The position numbers and the translations under genes are program-made. A DNA stretch of 64,000 nt, from the NCBI GenBank assembly GCA_963775425.1, contig CAVZJB010000016.1, forward strand, positions 928,001-992,000, in the 5' to 3' direction. This document shows, one piece after another, positions 27,473-37,854 of this stretch (position 1 is its first letter; each line of letters opens with the position of its first letter). This DNA is from an uncultured delta proteobacterium. GTDB lineage: Bacteria > Myxococcota > UBA727 > VGSZ01. The notes under the pieces were generated by a model. It ran no database searches, had not been told where the DNA came from, and worked only from the letters and a program-made list of their open reading frames with translations.

Positions 27473-28159
27473 ATGTCCCGCCACATCGACAACGCGGACA
27501 ACACCTCCATCGCCGACGCCCTCGATCGTGTGGCGGGGCGTCTGGAGGCCGAAGACGAGCCCGTGTCGCACGCGTCGTCCGTGCCCTTTCGTGCACGCGC
27601 CTGGCGCCGCGCCGCCGAGGAGGTGCGCAGGCTCGACGAGCCCGTCGCCCGCATCGCGCGCGAGCGGGGCCTGCCGGGGCTCGACGCGCTCCCCGACGTC
27701 GGCCCGGGCATCGGCGCCGCCATCCTCGACCTGGTCGAGACCGGCCGCCTCGCCGTCCTCGACGAGCCGGGCCCGGAGCGCGCGGAGGCCGAGGAGGCCG
27801 AGGCGGCCGAGGAGCCCGCGCTCCCGGCGGTCCACACCCTCCTCGACGTCGACGTCGAGTACCGCCGCCGCGCCGCCGCCGGGACCCTCAAGCGCATCGC
27901 GCCCGCGCGCTACAACCCCGACCACGAGAAGTGGTTGCCGGTGCTCCACACCGAGCGCGGCCCGTGGCGCTTCACGGCGGTGTACTCCAACACGCAGAAG
28001 GCGCACGAGCTCGCCAAGACCCACGACTGGGTCGTGATTTTCTTCGAGCGCGACGGGATCGAGCGCCAGTGCACGGTGGTCACCGCGACGCACGGCTCCG
28101 ACAAGGGCCGGCGCGTGGTGCGGGGCCGCGAGGCGAAGGGTCCACACGAGCGCCCGTGA
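27473..28159 (+). CDS. Helix-hairpin-helix protein (PolX N-terminal-like domain fused to an uncharacterised C-terminal domain)
   Basis: N.SIADALDRVA..LE...PFRARAWRRAA...LDALPDVGPGIG..I..LVETGRL, then LLDVDVEYR...YNP...WLPVLHT...YSNT..AH...DWVVI...TVVT...RVVRGRE. Confidence 0.75.
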   Translation: MSRHIDNADNTSIADALDRVAGRLEAEDEPVSHASSVPFRARAWRRAAEEVRRLDEPVARIARERGLPGLDALPDVGPGIGAAILDLVETGRLAVLDEPGPERAEAEEAEAAEEPALPAVHTLLDVDVEYRRRAAAGTLKRIAPARYNPDHEKWLPVLHTERGPWRFTAVYSNTQKAHELAKTHDWVVIFFERDGIERQCTVVTATHGSDKGRRVVRGREAKGPHERP

Positions 28160-28240
28160 GCGGCGCCGAGGGTCCCCTCGAAGCGGACACCGCGGGCGTC
28201 GACGACGAGGAGGCCGGGAGCGCCGCTGGCGGCGCCTTTC

Positions 28241-29194
28241 ATGAATTCGCTCGACGGCCGCGCTACCTTCGCCGACGTGGAGGTGTTCGGGGATTACGAG
28301 CTGTTGAGCCCGCTCGCCAAGGGCGGCATGGCGGAGCTGTTCCGAGCGCGCCACACAGCGAGCGGGGCGGGTGTCGTCGTCAAGCGGCTGCTGCCGGAGA
28401 TGGAGGAGCGCTCGGACATCGTCGACCTCTTCCTCACCGAGGCCGACGTCGGTCAGATGCTCCGGCACGAAAACGTCGTCGCCGTCCTCGACGCCGGTGA
28501 GATCGACGGGCGCTACTACATCGCGATGGAGTACGTCGACGGGCTCGACGCCGAGCGGCTCATCGCCGACGCGTGGCGCCGGGGTGAGCCCATCTCGCGG
28601 CGCATCTCCATCCGCATCGCCGTCGACGCGCTGCGCGGGCTTCACGCGGCCCACGAGCTCAAGAGCCCGCAGGGCACGCACTTCGGCCTCGTCCATCGCG
28701 ACGTCAGCCCGGACAACCTCTTCATCACGCAGGACGGCCTCACCAAGGTCGCGGACTTCGGCATCGCCAAGCTCGCGTCCCTCGAAGGGGCGACCCAGGC
28801 CGGGCTCATCAAGGGCAAGCTCGCGTATATGTCGCCCGAGCAGGTGCGCGGCGTCCCGCTCGACGGCCGCGCCGACGCGTTCTCGCTCGGCCTCGTCCTG
28901 TACGAGATGCTGTCGTCGGCGCGGCCGTTCGCCCCGCTCGAGGGCGAAAACGAGATCGACACCCTGCTGCGCGTCCGGCGCGGATCGGTGCGCGCCCTGC
29001 GCAAGCTCGAGCCCGACGTCCCCCGGAACATCGCCAACGTCGTCGACAAGGCCCTGCGCGGCGTGCGTTTCTTTCGCCACAAGTCGTGCGGCGCCTTCGC
29101 AGACGCCCTCGAGCGCGCGGCCACGGACGCCGGGCTGTTTGGCGCCCGCGACGACGTGGCGCGCGCCGTCGCGGCTGTCCGCGCGCGGCTGTAG
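28241..29194 (+). CDS. Ser/Thr protein kinase (catalytic domain only)
   Basis: GGMAELF, VVKR, HRDVSPDN, DFG and YMSPE. Confidence 0.93.
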   Translation: MNSLDGRATFADVEVFGDYELLSPLAKGGMAELFRARHTASGAGVVVKRLLPEMEERSDIVDLFLTEADVGQMLRHENVVAVLDAGEIDGRYYIAMEYVDGLDAERLIADAWRRGEPISRRISIRIAVDALRGLHAAHELKSPQGTHFGLVHRDVSPDNLFITQDGLTKVADFGIAKLASLEGATQAGLIKGKLAYMSPEQVRGVPLDGRADAFSLGLVLYEMLSSARPFAPLEGENEIDTLLRVRRGSVRALRKLEPDVPRNIANVVDKALRGVRFFRHKSCGAFADALERAATDAGLFGARDDVARAVAAVRARL

Positions 29195-29242
29195 GGAGAC
29201 CAACTTGCGCCCCCCCGTGCGGGCATGCGAGGTTGACGGCGA

Positions 29243-30895
29243 GTGACGACGGGAACGCGCACCCTGACGGGGCACCTGGAAGACCTCGACCTCGACGAGA
29301 TCGTCCGCGTCATCGCGCTCTCCAAGCGTTCGGGCCTCCTCTCGGTCGACGGCGCCGACGGCAAGGCCGAGCTGTCCTTCGTCGGCGGCCGCCTGGTGCG
29401 CGCCCGCCTGCAGGACTCCGTCGAGACCGTCGCGCAGCTCCTCGTGCGCGCCGGCCTCCTCGACGAGGACGACCTCGCGGCGCCGCCGGGCGTCTCCGAG
29501 GGGGCAGAGAGCCTCGACGATGTCGTCAAGCGCGTCGCCGACGACCGCGGGGAGCGCGGGCTCCTCGTGCGCATCGACGACGTCATCGCCGAGCAGCTCT
29601 CCACCCTCGCGCAGCGCGTGATGCTCTTTCGCTCCGGCTCCTTTCAGTTCCTGGTGAGCGAGGACGACGCCCCGCCCCTGCGCTTCCCGCGCGACACCGC
29701 CTTCACCCTGCCCGCCGGCATCGACGCCGACGAGCTCGCGCGCGAGGCGCGCCGGCGCCGGCAGGACAAGCGCGCCGATCCGCTCGGCTCGCTCGTCCCC
29801 ACGGCCGCCGGGGGGCTCAAGCGGTCGGCGTCGAACAACGAGCACGTCGAGATCTTCCTCGTCGACGACGACCCCACGTTCCTGCAGGCGGCCGAGCGCG
29901 GCTGCGCCGACGCCGGCGTCCACGTCGCGCCCCTCGGCAACGCCCGCGCCGCCATCGACCGCTTCTTCGCTCTCGGCGCGGGCGACACCCCCTCCTTCAT
30001 GCTCGTCGACCTCGTCATGCCCCGCTCGAGCGGCAAGGGCATCCTCGGCGGCCTCGAGGTGCTCAAGCGCGCCGCCGACGTCGACCTCGCGGGCCGCGTC
30101 TTCCTCGCCCTGGAGGAGCCGCACGCCGACGCCGAAGCCATGGCCAAGGATCTCGGCGCCGCAGGCGTCGTCAACAAGCCCAAGCACAACGGCGCGCACG
30201 TGGGCGAGGAGCCGCTGCTTGCGCCGTACCTCAACCCCGTCCTCGAGCGCCTCCGCCGCGCCCCGCTCATGGCCGCGAGCTTCGACCTCGCGCGCGAGCT
30301 CCGCGTCGAGCTCGGCGACGCCGGCGGCGACTGGCGCACCGACGGCGGCAAGATCGTCGACGAGAACGTGCGCAGCCTGGAGACCTTGAAGGCGCTCCTC
30401 GGCGAGCTCAACGAGCCCACCTTCGACGAGGAGATCCCCCTCCTCGTCCTGCGCTTCGCCTCGGCCTTCTTCGTGCGCGGCGCGTTGTTCTCGGTAGATC
30501 ACAAGCGCGGAGAGCTCGTCGGCCTCGGCGCGTTCGGTCTCGGCGTCGCCGATCCCGGCCGCCTGGTCCGCTCCATCAAGATCCCTCTCGCCGCCGACAC
30601 CGTGTTCTCCAAGGCGCTGCAGGAGAAGGCGGGCGTGCGGCAGCACTTCTTCGACAGCGAGCACAACCTGCGCCTCATCTCCACCCTCGGCGGCCCCCGC
30701 CCGCGCGAGGTCTACACGGCGCCGCTGATCTCGCCGCGCGGGGTGGAGTGCGTCATCTACGCCGACAACGCCACCGACGCCCGACCGTTCCCGGACATCC
30801 ACCTCCTCGAGATCTTCCTGCAGCAGTCGGCGGCGGCCATCGAGCGCGCTACGTTGAAGAACCAGCTCAAGCGGCTGATGGCCGCCAACGCCTGA
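29243..30895 (+). CDS. DUF4388-type + receiver + GAF-like signalling protein
   Basis: LTGHLEDLDLDEIVRVIALSKRSGLL (DUF4388-like); LVDDDP...LVDLVMP...NKP (receiver); C-terminal RGALF...APL....VIYADN. Confidence 0.8.
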   Translation: MTTGTRTLTGHLEDLDLDEIVRVIALSKRSGLLSVDGADGKAELSFVGGRLVRARLQDSVETVAQLLVRAGLLDEDDLAAPPGVSEGAESLDDVVKRVADDRGERGLLVRIDDVIAEQLSTLAQRVMLFRSGSFQFLVSEDDAPPLRFPRDTAFTLPAGIDADELAREARRRRQDKRADPLGSLVPTAAGGLKRSASNNEHVEIFLVDDDPTFLQAAERGCADAGVHVAPLGNARAAIDRFFALGAGDTPSFMLVDLVMPRSSGKGILGGLEVLKRAADVDLAGRVFLALEEPHADAEAMAKDLGAAGVVNKPKHNGAHVGEEPLLAPYLNPVLERLRRAPLMAASFDLARELRVELGDAGGDWRTDGGKIVDENVRSLETLKALLGELNEPTFDEEIPLLVLRFASAFFVRGALFSVDHKRGELVGLGAFGLGVADPGRLVRSIKIPLAADTVFSKALQEKAGVRQHFFDSEHNLRLISTLGGPRPREVYTAPLISPRGVECVIYADNATDARPFPDIHLLEIFLQQSAAAIERATLKNQLKRLMAANA

Positions 30896-30908
30896 CGCAG
30901 GAGTCCCC

Positions 30909-32342
30909 ATGTCCGCCACCCCCGAGTCGACGCAGCAGCCCTCCACCACCGGCGATCTGCGCGACAAGAAGGCGGCGCTGTCGCGTGCCGTCGACGAGAT
31001 CCTCCGGCACGCGCCCTACGCGCACGCGCTCGCTCAACAAAAGGAGGGCACCGCCTTCCGGGCCACGTCGCGGGCCACCTCCATCGAGCCGGTCGCGCCG
31101 GTGCTCGGCGCGGTGCTGTCCGCGTGGAACGGCCGCGCCATGCTCGAGGTCACGGCGCCGTCGCTCGACGACGACGACCTCGCCGCCGCCACCAGGAAGC
31201 TCGTCGACCTCGTCGCGCGCGAGGGCGGGTCCACCGGCAAGGGGGCCGTCATCGAGCCCGGTGAGCCGCTCGACAAGGAGCTCATCGTCGCCGAAGAGGT
31301 GCCGGTGGAGAGCCTCTCGCTCGACGAGCGCCTCGGCCGCGCCGTCGCGGTGAAGGACGGCATCCACAAGCGCGACGCGCGCGTGAAGAACGCCATCGCG
31401 CGCGCCACCCACGTCCGCACGCAGGAGCTGTTCGTCGGCCCCACGCGCAAGCTCTACCAGGACCTGCGTCGCGCCGAGATGGTCTGCGTCGTCGTCATGG
31501 AGGACGCCGGCCGCGCGGCGGACCTCCACGGCGGCCGCGGCAAGCAGGGCGGCGCCGAGAACCTGACGCTCCCCGAGCACGACCTCGACCTCCTCGTCGA
31601 GGACTGCGCCAAGCTCCTGCGCGCCACGCGCGTCCCGGGCGGCACCTACCGCTGCGTCTTCGACCCCGACATGGCCGGGCTGTTCGCGCACGAAGCGTTC
31701 GGCCACGGCACCGAGGCCGACATGTTCACCAAGCGCCGCGCCAAGGGCGCCGACTACATGGGCAAGCGCGTGGCCTCCGACCTCGTCGACATGTTCGACA
31801 ACCCCGCGCTCCCCGGGCAGGCGGCGTCGTACTTCTTCGACGACGAAGGCCAGCTCGCGTCCGCGACGCAGATCATCACGCGCGGCATCCTCACCGCGCC
31901 GATGACCGACCTGGTGAGCGCGTCCAAGCTCGGCATCAAGCGGAGCGCCAACGGCAGGCGTGAGAGCGTGCAGCGCAAGGTCTACACGCGCATGAGCAAC
32001 ACCTACTTCGGGCCCGGCAAGGACAAGCACGACGACCTCGTCGCCTCCATCGACGAAGGCCTGCTCGTGCGCCACGCGCGCAACGGCATGGAGGACCCCA
32101 AGGGCTGGGGAATCCAATGCGAGGCGTACATGGCCGAGGAGATCAAGGGCGGCAAGAAGACCGGCGCCGTGTTCGGCCCGGTGATCATCACCGGCTACGT
32201 GCCGGACCTCCTGATGTCCATCGACGGCGTCAGCGACGGCGTCGAGATCGGCGGGCTCGGGATGTGCGGCAAGGGCTACAAGGAGTGGGTGAAGGTCACC
32301 GACGGTGGGCCGTCTTTGCGGCTGACGGCGAGGGTCGCGTGA
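30909..32342 (+). CDS. tldD: TldD family metalloprotease subunit
   Basis: HEAFGHGTEAD, FDDEG, ANGRRES, RMSNTY and GMCGK. Confidence 0.88.
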   Translation: MSATPESTQQPSTTGDLRDKKAALSRAVDEILRHAPYAHALAQQKEGTAFRATSRATSIEPVAPVLGAVLSAWNGRAMLEVTAPSLDDDDLAAATRKLVDLVAREGGSTGKGAVIEPGEPLDKELIVAEEVPVESLSLDERLGRAVAVKDGIHKRDARVKNAIARATHVRTQELFVGPTRKLYQDLRRAEMVCVVVMEDAGRAADLHGGRGKQGGAENLTLPEHDLDLLVEDCAKLLRATRVPGGTYRCVFDPDMAGLFAHEAFGHGTEADMFTKRRAKGADYMGKRVASDLVDMFDNPALPGQAASYFFDDEGQLASATQIITRGILTAPMTDLVSASKLGIKRSANGRRESVQRKVYTRMSNTYFGPGKDKHDDLVASIDEGLLVRHARNGMEDPKGWGIQCEAYMAEEIKGGKKTGAVFGPVIITGYVPDLLMSIDGVSDGVEIGGLGMCGKGYKEWVKVTDGGPSLRLTARVA

Positions 32343-33655
32343 TCGACGACATCGCAAAGGCCCTGCGCGCAGACGCGCGCTTCTCGGCGTGGCAGATCGC
32401 GGAGCTCCGCGGGCGCAGCACGCAGCGCTACCAGGTGTTCACCGAGGTGGAGGCCCGCCGCGTCGTGGAGACGCGCACGTGGGACGTCCGCGTCCACGTG
32501 CAGCAAGACGACGGCACGCTCGGGGAGTCGAGCCTCACCGTCGTCGACGCCAAGGCGCCGCTCGCGCCCGCGCTCGACGCGGCGTTCGCGCGCGCCCGCC
32601 TGGTGAAGAACAAGCCCTGGACCCTGCCCTCGCCCGCCGACGGCGGCGCCGCCGCCGTGCGCGCGGTGGACCCGCGCATCGTCGAGGTGCCCGACGAGGC
32701 CTGCGAGGAGATCGGCGGCGAGATCGTGCGCGGCGTCGCCGCCGCCGGCTCCGTGGAGCTGTCGGCCTCCGAGGTCTTTTGCGACTACCGCCGCGTCCAC
32801 CTCGTGAGCTCGCGGGGGCTCGACCTCGTTCGGGAGGAGACCAGCGCCTACACCGAGTACGTGCTCCTCGCGAAGGGCAAGGGTGACGACGAGCTCGAGG
32901 TCTACCAGAGCCGCCGCGCCCGCGACCTCAAGGAGCTCGAGCTGCGCGCGCAGATCGACGACGACGTGGAGGCGGCCCGGGCCGGGGCGAGCGCGGTGCT
33001 CCCGGAGACGGGCGTGGCCGACGTGGTGCTCGGCGGGCCCGCCGTCGAGGAGATCTTCGACGCGTTCGTTGCCCACGCCTCGGGCCCGGCGAGGTTCGAC
33101 GGCTGGTCGCGCCTGACGGAGGGCAAGGCCGTCGTCGAAGGCGCCGGCGCCCGCGACGTCGCGTACGACGCGCTCACGCTCTCGAGCGACGCCACCCTGC
33201 CCGGCGGGCTCGGCACGTTCGCCTTCGACGACGTCGGCCTCCCCGGGCGGCGCATCGACGTCATCGTCGACGGCGTCTTCAAGACCCGCGCGTGCGACCA
33301 GCGCTACGCCTGCTGGCTCGGCGTGCCGGCCACCGGCACCTGGGGCAACGTCGTGGTGGCGCCGGGGAAGGCGAGCGAGGAGGAGCTGCTGCGCCCGCGC
33401 GGGGCCACGCCGCTGTACCACCTCACACGCTTCTCCCAGCTCTCGCCGCACGCCACCACCGGCGCGTTCTCGGGCGAGATCCGCTTCGGGTGGCGCATCG
33501 ACGGCGGCGCCCGCCTCCCCGTCCGCGGCGGATCGATCTCCGGCTCGGTGTTCGACGCCTTCTCGCGCGCACGCTTGTCGTCGGAGGTGGCCGTGCGCGG
33601 GCGCACCCACGGCCCGCGCGCGGTGCGGCTCGACGGCATCTCCATCACCGGCTGA
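32339..33655 (+). CDS. PmbA/TldE-like partner subunit
   Basis: GTGA overlap with tldD; [14 protein letters not shown] and GGSISG; no HExxxH motif. Confidence 0.8.
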   Translation: MIDDIAKALRADARFSAWQIAELRGRSTQRYQVFTEVEARRVVETRTWDVRVHVQQDDGTLGESSLTVVDAKAPLAPALDAAFARARLVKNKPWTLPSPADGGAAAVRAVDPRIVEVPDEACEEIGGEIVRGVAAAGSVELSASEVFCDYRRVHLVSSRGLDLVREETSAYTEYVLLAKGKGDDELEVYQSRRARDLKELELRAQIDDDVEAARAGASAVLPETGVADVVLGGPAVEEIFDAFVAHASGPARFDGWSRLTEGKAVVEGAGARDVAYDALTLSSDATLPGGLGTFAFDDVGLPGRRIDVIVDGVFKTRACDQRYACWLGVPATGTWGNVVVAPGKASEEELLRPRGATPLYHLTRFSQLSPHATTGAFSGEIRFGWRIDGGARLPVRGGSISGSVFDAFSRARLSSEVAVRGRTHGPRAVRLDGISITG

Positions 33656-33734
33656 GCGACGCCCGGGCGCCGCCCGCAGCCGGATCGTCGTCGCTGGGCC
33701 TGGCAGGCGCGGCGCGAGGGTGTATGTCTTCGCC

Positions 33735-35402
33735 ATGGACCCGACGTTCTTCCAGGACTTCCCCGCCCCGCCCGACCTCTACGCCGTCGACCGCGCCCTC
33801 CAGGCCGAGCTTTCGCGCCGCCTGCCCGCGGAGCTGCAAAAGAAGGCGGCGGCGCCGCTCGAGGCGCTCGGGCGCGCCACCGCCGCCGAGCTGCCGGCGC
33901 TCGTCGTCGAGGCCGAGGACAACGAGCCCGTCCACGTCCCGTACGACCCGTGGGGCCGGCGCGTCGACGAGATCCGCACCTCGCGGGCGTGGGACGCGCT
34001 GAAGCGCTTCTCCGCCGAGCACGCCATCGTGGCGAGCGGCTACGACGAGAGCTACGGCGAGCACCGCCGCGTCTTCCAGGCCGCGCTCCTGCACCTGTAC
34101 TCGGCGTCGTCGGCGATCTTTTCGTGCCCGCTCGCGATGACGGACGCCGCCGCCCGCGTGCTCCTCGACATCGCCCCGCCCGAGCTGCGCGATCGATTGG
34201 TGCCCGGCCTGCTGTCGACGGACCCAAAGACCTTCATCACGTCGGGGCAGTGGATGACGGAGCGCACCGGCGGCAGCGACGTCTCCGGCACGTCCACGGT
34301 GGCGCGGCCCGTGCCCGGCAAGAAGGACGTCTACACGCTCCACGGCGTGAAGTGGTTCACCTCGTCGGTGACCTCCGAGATGGCGCTCGCGCTCGCGCGC
34401 ATCGACGACGGCCCGGAGGGACAGCCCCACATGACGCTCGGCAGCAAGGGCCTGAGCCTGTTCGTCGTCGACGTCGTGCGCGAGACGCTCGCGGGCGGCG
34501 CCACGGGCGGCGTGCGCGGCATCCAGGTGAACCGACTGAAGGACAAGCTCGGCACGCGCGCGCTGCCCACGGCGGAGCTCACGCTCGACGGCGTCGAGGC
34601 CGTGCGCATCGGTGAGGTCGGCCGCGGCGTCGCGAGCATCGCGGGCATGCTCAACATCACCCGCTTCTACAACTCCATCGCCTCCAGCTCGACGATGCAG
34701 AAGGCGCAAGCCTGGGCGCGCGCGTACGCCTGGAAGCGCACCGCCTTCGGCGCGCCCATCGCGAGCCAACCGCTGCACGCCGCCACGCTCGACGACATGG
34801 AAGCGGAGACCGCGGCGGGCCTCGCGTTGGCCATGGAGGTCGCCACGCTCCTGGGTCGGCTCGAGCACAAGACCGCCACCGACGAGGAGAAGCGCCGGCT
34901 GCGCGCGCTGGTCCCCATCACCAAGCTCACCACGGGCAAGCAGGCGGTGGCGGTGACGTCGGAGGCGCTCGAGGCCTTCGGCGGCGCCGGCTACATCGAG
35001 GACACGGGCCTGCCCGCGCTCCTGCGCGACGCCCAGGTGCTGCCCATCTGGGAGGGCACCACCAACGTGCTCTCGCTCGACGTGCTCCGCGCCGAGGCCA
35101 AGGACCAGGCCTACTCCGCGGTGCTGAAGGACCTCCTCGCGCGCACGGAGAAGCTGCCGGCTTCCCTGCCCAAGGGCGGCGTCGAGGCGCTCAAGGGCAC
35201 GTGCCAGGCCCTCGCCGCCCGCGTCGCCGCGCTGGTGAAGAGCGGGGGGCTCGAGGGAGGCGCGCGCAAGGTCGCCTACACGACGGGGCTCTGCCTCGAG
35301 GCCATGCTCCTCGGGGAGACCGCCGCCGCCGTCGGCACCGCCGACGCCGCCGCGCGCTTCGAGCGCTTCGCGCGGCTGCGCCTCGCCGGCCCGCTCGGCT
35401 GA
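33735..35402 (+). CDS. Acyl-CoA dehydrogenase family protein (AidB-like)
   Basis: [43 protein letters not shown] and IWEGTTN. Confidence 0.92.
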   Translation: MDPTFFQDFPAPPDLYAVDRALQAELSRRLPAELQKKAAAPLEALGRATAAELPALVVEAEDNEPVHVPYDPWGRRVDEIRTSRAWDALKRFSAEHAIVASGYDESYGEHRRVFQAALLHLYSASSAIFSCPLAMTDAAARVLLDIAPPELRDRLVPGLLSTDPKTFITSGQWMTERTGGSDVSGTSTVARPVPGKKDVYTLHGVKWFTSSVTSEMALALARIDDGPEGQPHMTLGSKGLSLFVVDVVRETLAGGATGGVRGIQVNRLKDKLGTRALPTAELTLDGVEAVRIGEVGRGVASIAGMLNITRFYNSIASSSTMQKAQAWARAYAWKRTAFGAPIASQPLHAATLDDMEAETAAGLALAMEVATLLGRLEHKTATDEEKRRLRALVPITKLTTGKQAVAVTSEALEAFGGAGYIEDTGLPALLRDAQVLPIWEGTTNVLSLDVLRAEAKDQAYSAVLKDLLARTEKLPASLPKGGVEALKGTCQALAARVAALVKSGGLEGGARKVAYTTGLCLEAMLLGETAAAVGTADAAARFERFARLRLAGPLG

Positions 35403-35467
35403 CGGGGGTCGCGCGCCGACGTGGCGTACGGCCCCACGGCGCCCCCGCGCCCGGGTATCCTCGGCGG

Positions 35468-36388
35468 ATGAAGCGCATCGCCGCCGTCGCCGTCGTCGTG
35501 CTCTCGTGCGCGTCGTGCCCTGAGGACCCGCCGGACGCGCGCGCGTTCATCACGGCCCTGTTTCAGGCGTCGGTGGTGTGCGCGCCGAGCTTCCTCGCGC
35601 AGGCGGAGCCGGTGTTCCTCGACGCGCAGTCGCGCGCGCAGATCGAGATCGCCGTCGGCACCTTCGACCGCGACCTGCAAAACGACAAGGTCGCCTTCGA
35701 CCGCGCCTCCTACGACGCGTGCCTCGCGGCCGCCGGCGACAACGACTGCGAGACCATCAGCGCCGCCAACGGCCCGTGCGCCACGGTGTTCGAGGGCAAG
35801 GTGGACGGCGGCGGCGTCTGCGCCGAGAGCGTCGAGTGCGCCGCGGGCCTGTCGTGCTTCCAGGATCGCGACGCGTGCGGCACGTGCACCACCATCGCCA
35901 TCGAGGGCACGAGCTGCGCCGACCACAACTGCGCCGACGGCGACTTCTGCGACGACACCCAGGTCTGCCGCGCCAAGCCCGCGCCGGCGTCCTTCTCCGA
36001 GGGCGACGCCTGCTCGCTCGCCACGGGCTGCGGCGGCGTGCTCTCCGGGCTCGCGTGCAAAGACGGCCTGTGCGCGCCCATCAGCATCGTCCTTGAGGGC
36101 GAGGCGTGCGGCACCGACCCCTCATCCACGCTCTATTGCAAGGACAGCTCCTCGACGCACTTCTGCGACGGCGGCGTCTGCGCCGCGCGGCCCGGCCTCG
36201 GCGAGCCCTGCAACGGCGCCGGCGCGTGCGACGCCACCGTCGCCGCCTGCGTCGACGGCGCCTGCGTGGACGCGGGCGACGACGGCGACGCCTGTGAAAA
36301 CGGCTTCGGCTGCAAGCTCGGCAACACGTGCAAGAGCAACGTATGCACGCCGCTCGAGAGCGCGTCGCAGCCGCCCGCGTGCGAGTGA
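35468..36388 (+). CDS. Cys-rich lipoprotein
   Basis: MKRIAAVAVVVLSCASC signal; repeated GEAC/GDAC Cys motifs. Confidence 0.8.
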   Translation: MKRIAAVAVVVLSCASCPEDPPDARAFITALFQASVVCAPSFLAQAEPVFLDAQSRAQIEIAVGTFDRDLQNDKVAFDRASYDACLAAAGDNDCETISAANGPCATVFEGKVDGGGVCAESVECAAGLSCFQDRDACGTCTTIAIEGTSCADHNCADGDFCDDTQVCRAKPAPASFSEGDACSLATGCGGVLSGLACKDGLCAPISIVLEGEACGTDPSSTLYCKDSSSTHFCDGGVCAARPGLGEPCNGAGACDATVAACVDGACVDAGDDGDACENGFGCKLGNTCKSNVCTPLESASQPPACE

Positions 36389-36422
36389 CGGTGCGCCCGC
36401 GACGGGCGCATCGACGGACAGC

Positions 36423-37013
36423 TCAGCCCCAGGTCGCGTGGTAGCGCGCGGACGTCGGGGTGTGCTCCTCGACCGCCACGCTCACCTTCGCCGCGCCCGC
36501 GCGCAGGAGCGCCGCGGTGAACGCCGTGCCGTGATGAAACGGCGCCTCGGGGATGTAGAGGTACTCCGGGAAGGTCACCGTGGCGCGGGCGCTGCCGGGG
36601 CCGTCGATGACGACGTCGAGCTTGCTGCCGCGCCGGAAGACGCCCCACAGCCGCGCGGCGCCCTTGAGCACGCTCTGCGGCGAGGCCAGCGCGAACAGCA
36701 CCGAATACGCGGGGGAGCTCAGGAGCTGCCGGTTCATCTCGAGGAGCCAGCTCTCGACGGCGTCCTGCGGCGTGACGTCGGCGTGGATGCACTGCAAGGC
36801 GATGATGTGCATCTCGGGGATCCACACGTTCACCGGCGGCGGGTTTCGCAGCGTTCGCACGAAGTCCTCGGGCAGCCCGTCGAGCGGCGGCAGCGTCATC
36901 CGCTGCAGCGCCATGCGCATGAGCCCCGCTTTGATGCCGCATTGCGGGTAGCGATCCAGGCGCCCCCCGTGGCGCTCGAGGTACGTCGCCAACGTGGGCA
37001 GCCGCTCTTTCAC
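36423..37013 (-). CDS. Hypothetical protein of a myxobacterial type (possibly DUF2378-related)
   Basis: GTG start overlaps the upstream stop; YPQC.IKA, PP.NVWIPE and SPQ.VL.GAA.LW..FRRGS. Confidence 0.65.
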   Translation of the reverse strand: MKERLPTLATYLERHGGRLDRYPQCGIKAGLMRMALQRMTLPPLDGLPEDFVRTLRNPPPVNVWIPEMHIIALQCIHADVTPQDAVESWLLEMNRQLLSSPAYSVLFALASPQSVLKGAARLWGVFRRGSKLDVVIDGPGSARATVTFPEYLYIPEAPFHHGTAFTAALLRAGAAKVSVAVEEHTPTSARYHATWG

Positions 37014-37330
37014 CAGCCGAAGCCGCCGCCGCTCCCGAAAGACGAAGCGTGGCACGTGCCCGCGTACTGCACCTCGACGCCCACCGCGTAGGCGGCGCAC
37101 TCCGAGGTATAGCCCTGGTCGTCGCAGCCGCAGACGGGGGTGCCGTCGTCGGTGCAGGTGCCGTCCGCGGGGGGGACGAAGTCGGCGGAAGCGACGCAGC
37201 TCTTGGTGGCGTCGTCGTAGAGCTGGGCGCTGTCGCAGGTGCACAGCGCGCTGTTGCCGTGGCTCGCCGCGCACCCGAGCGCCAGCGCGCCGAACGCCGC
37301 GAGGGCAAGGGCGGCGCGCAGCCGGCTCAC
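37010..37330 (-). CDS. Small lipoprotein with a Kazal-type motif
   Basis: LALGC lipobox; C....TPVCGCDDQGYTSECAA..VGVEVQYAGTC. Confidence 0.75.
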   Translation of the reverse strand: MSRLRAALALAAFGALALGCAASHGNSALCTCDSAQLYDDATKSCVASADFVPPADGTCTDDGTPVCGCDDQGYTSECAAYAVGVEVQYAGTCHASSFGSGGGFGW

Positions 37331-37803
37331 GCAGCTTCCGCCTGCTTGACGACGTCGTCGACGTGGGGCGTCTTCACGAAGTGAAGATACAGGGCGATGT
37401 GCTCGGCCTGGTAGCCCTGCCCCTTGAGGTGCGTCACGAGCTCCTTGACCTTGTCGGCGGTGAGCTCCTGGAAGAACGTCGGCTCCTCGTCCACGAGGCC
37501 GTTGTCGTTCTTGACGTTGAGGTAGTCGAGGGTGGCCTTGAGGAGCGGGCGCTTGGTGTACAGCCAGTTGCGCACGAGCTCCTCACACAAGCGGTTCTCT
37601 TGATCGCTGTCGGCGGTCTTGAGCTTCTCGTGGAGCTTCTTGGTGCGGTCCTCGAGCTTGGCGTGGACCTTGAGCCCGATGGTCTTTTTGGCCTTGATGC
37701 CGAGGCGCTGAAACAACGTCTCCCGCACCTTGCGCGGCGACGCGGCAATGAGCTCGGCGAAGGTCTCGTCGCTCATCTTGGCCACGAGCTGGATGAACTG
37801 CAT
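37327..37803 (-). CDS. Hypothetical helical protein
   Basis: Strong codon bias, GGGAG ribosome-binding site; LVRNWLYTKRPLLKATLDYLNV..DNGLV. Confidence 0.8.
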   Translation of the reverse strand: MQFIQLVAKMSDETFAELIAASPRKVRETLFQRLGIKAKKTIGLKVHAKLEDRTKKLHEKLKTADSDQENRLCEELVRNWLYTKRPLLKATLDYLNVKNDNGLVDEEPTFFQELTADKVKELVTHLKGQGYQAEHIALYLHFVKTPHVDDVVKQAEAA

Positions 37804-37854
37804 GTCTCGCTCCCGACGGTGTCCCGCCCGATATGAGGCCGTCGGGGAGCACCG

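Noticed and set aside
29191-29217. GTAGGGAGACCAACTTGCGCCCCCCCG as another REP copy
   Set aside because: It shares GTAGGG and CTTG but the stem does not pair, so it is too degenerate to call.
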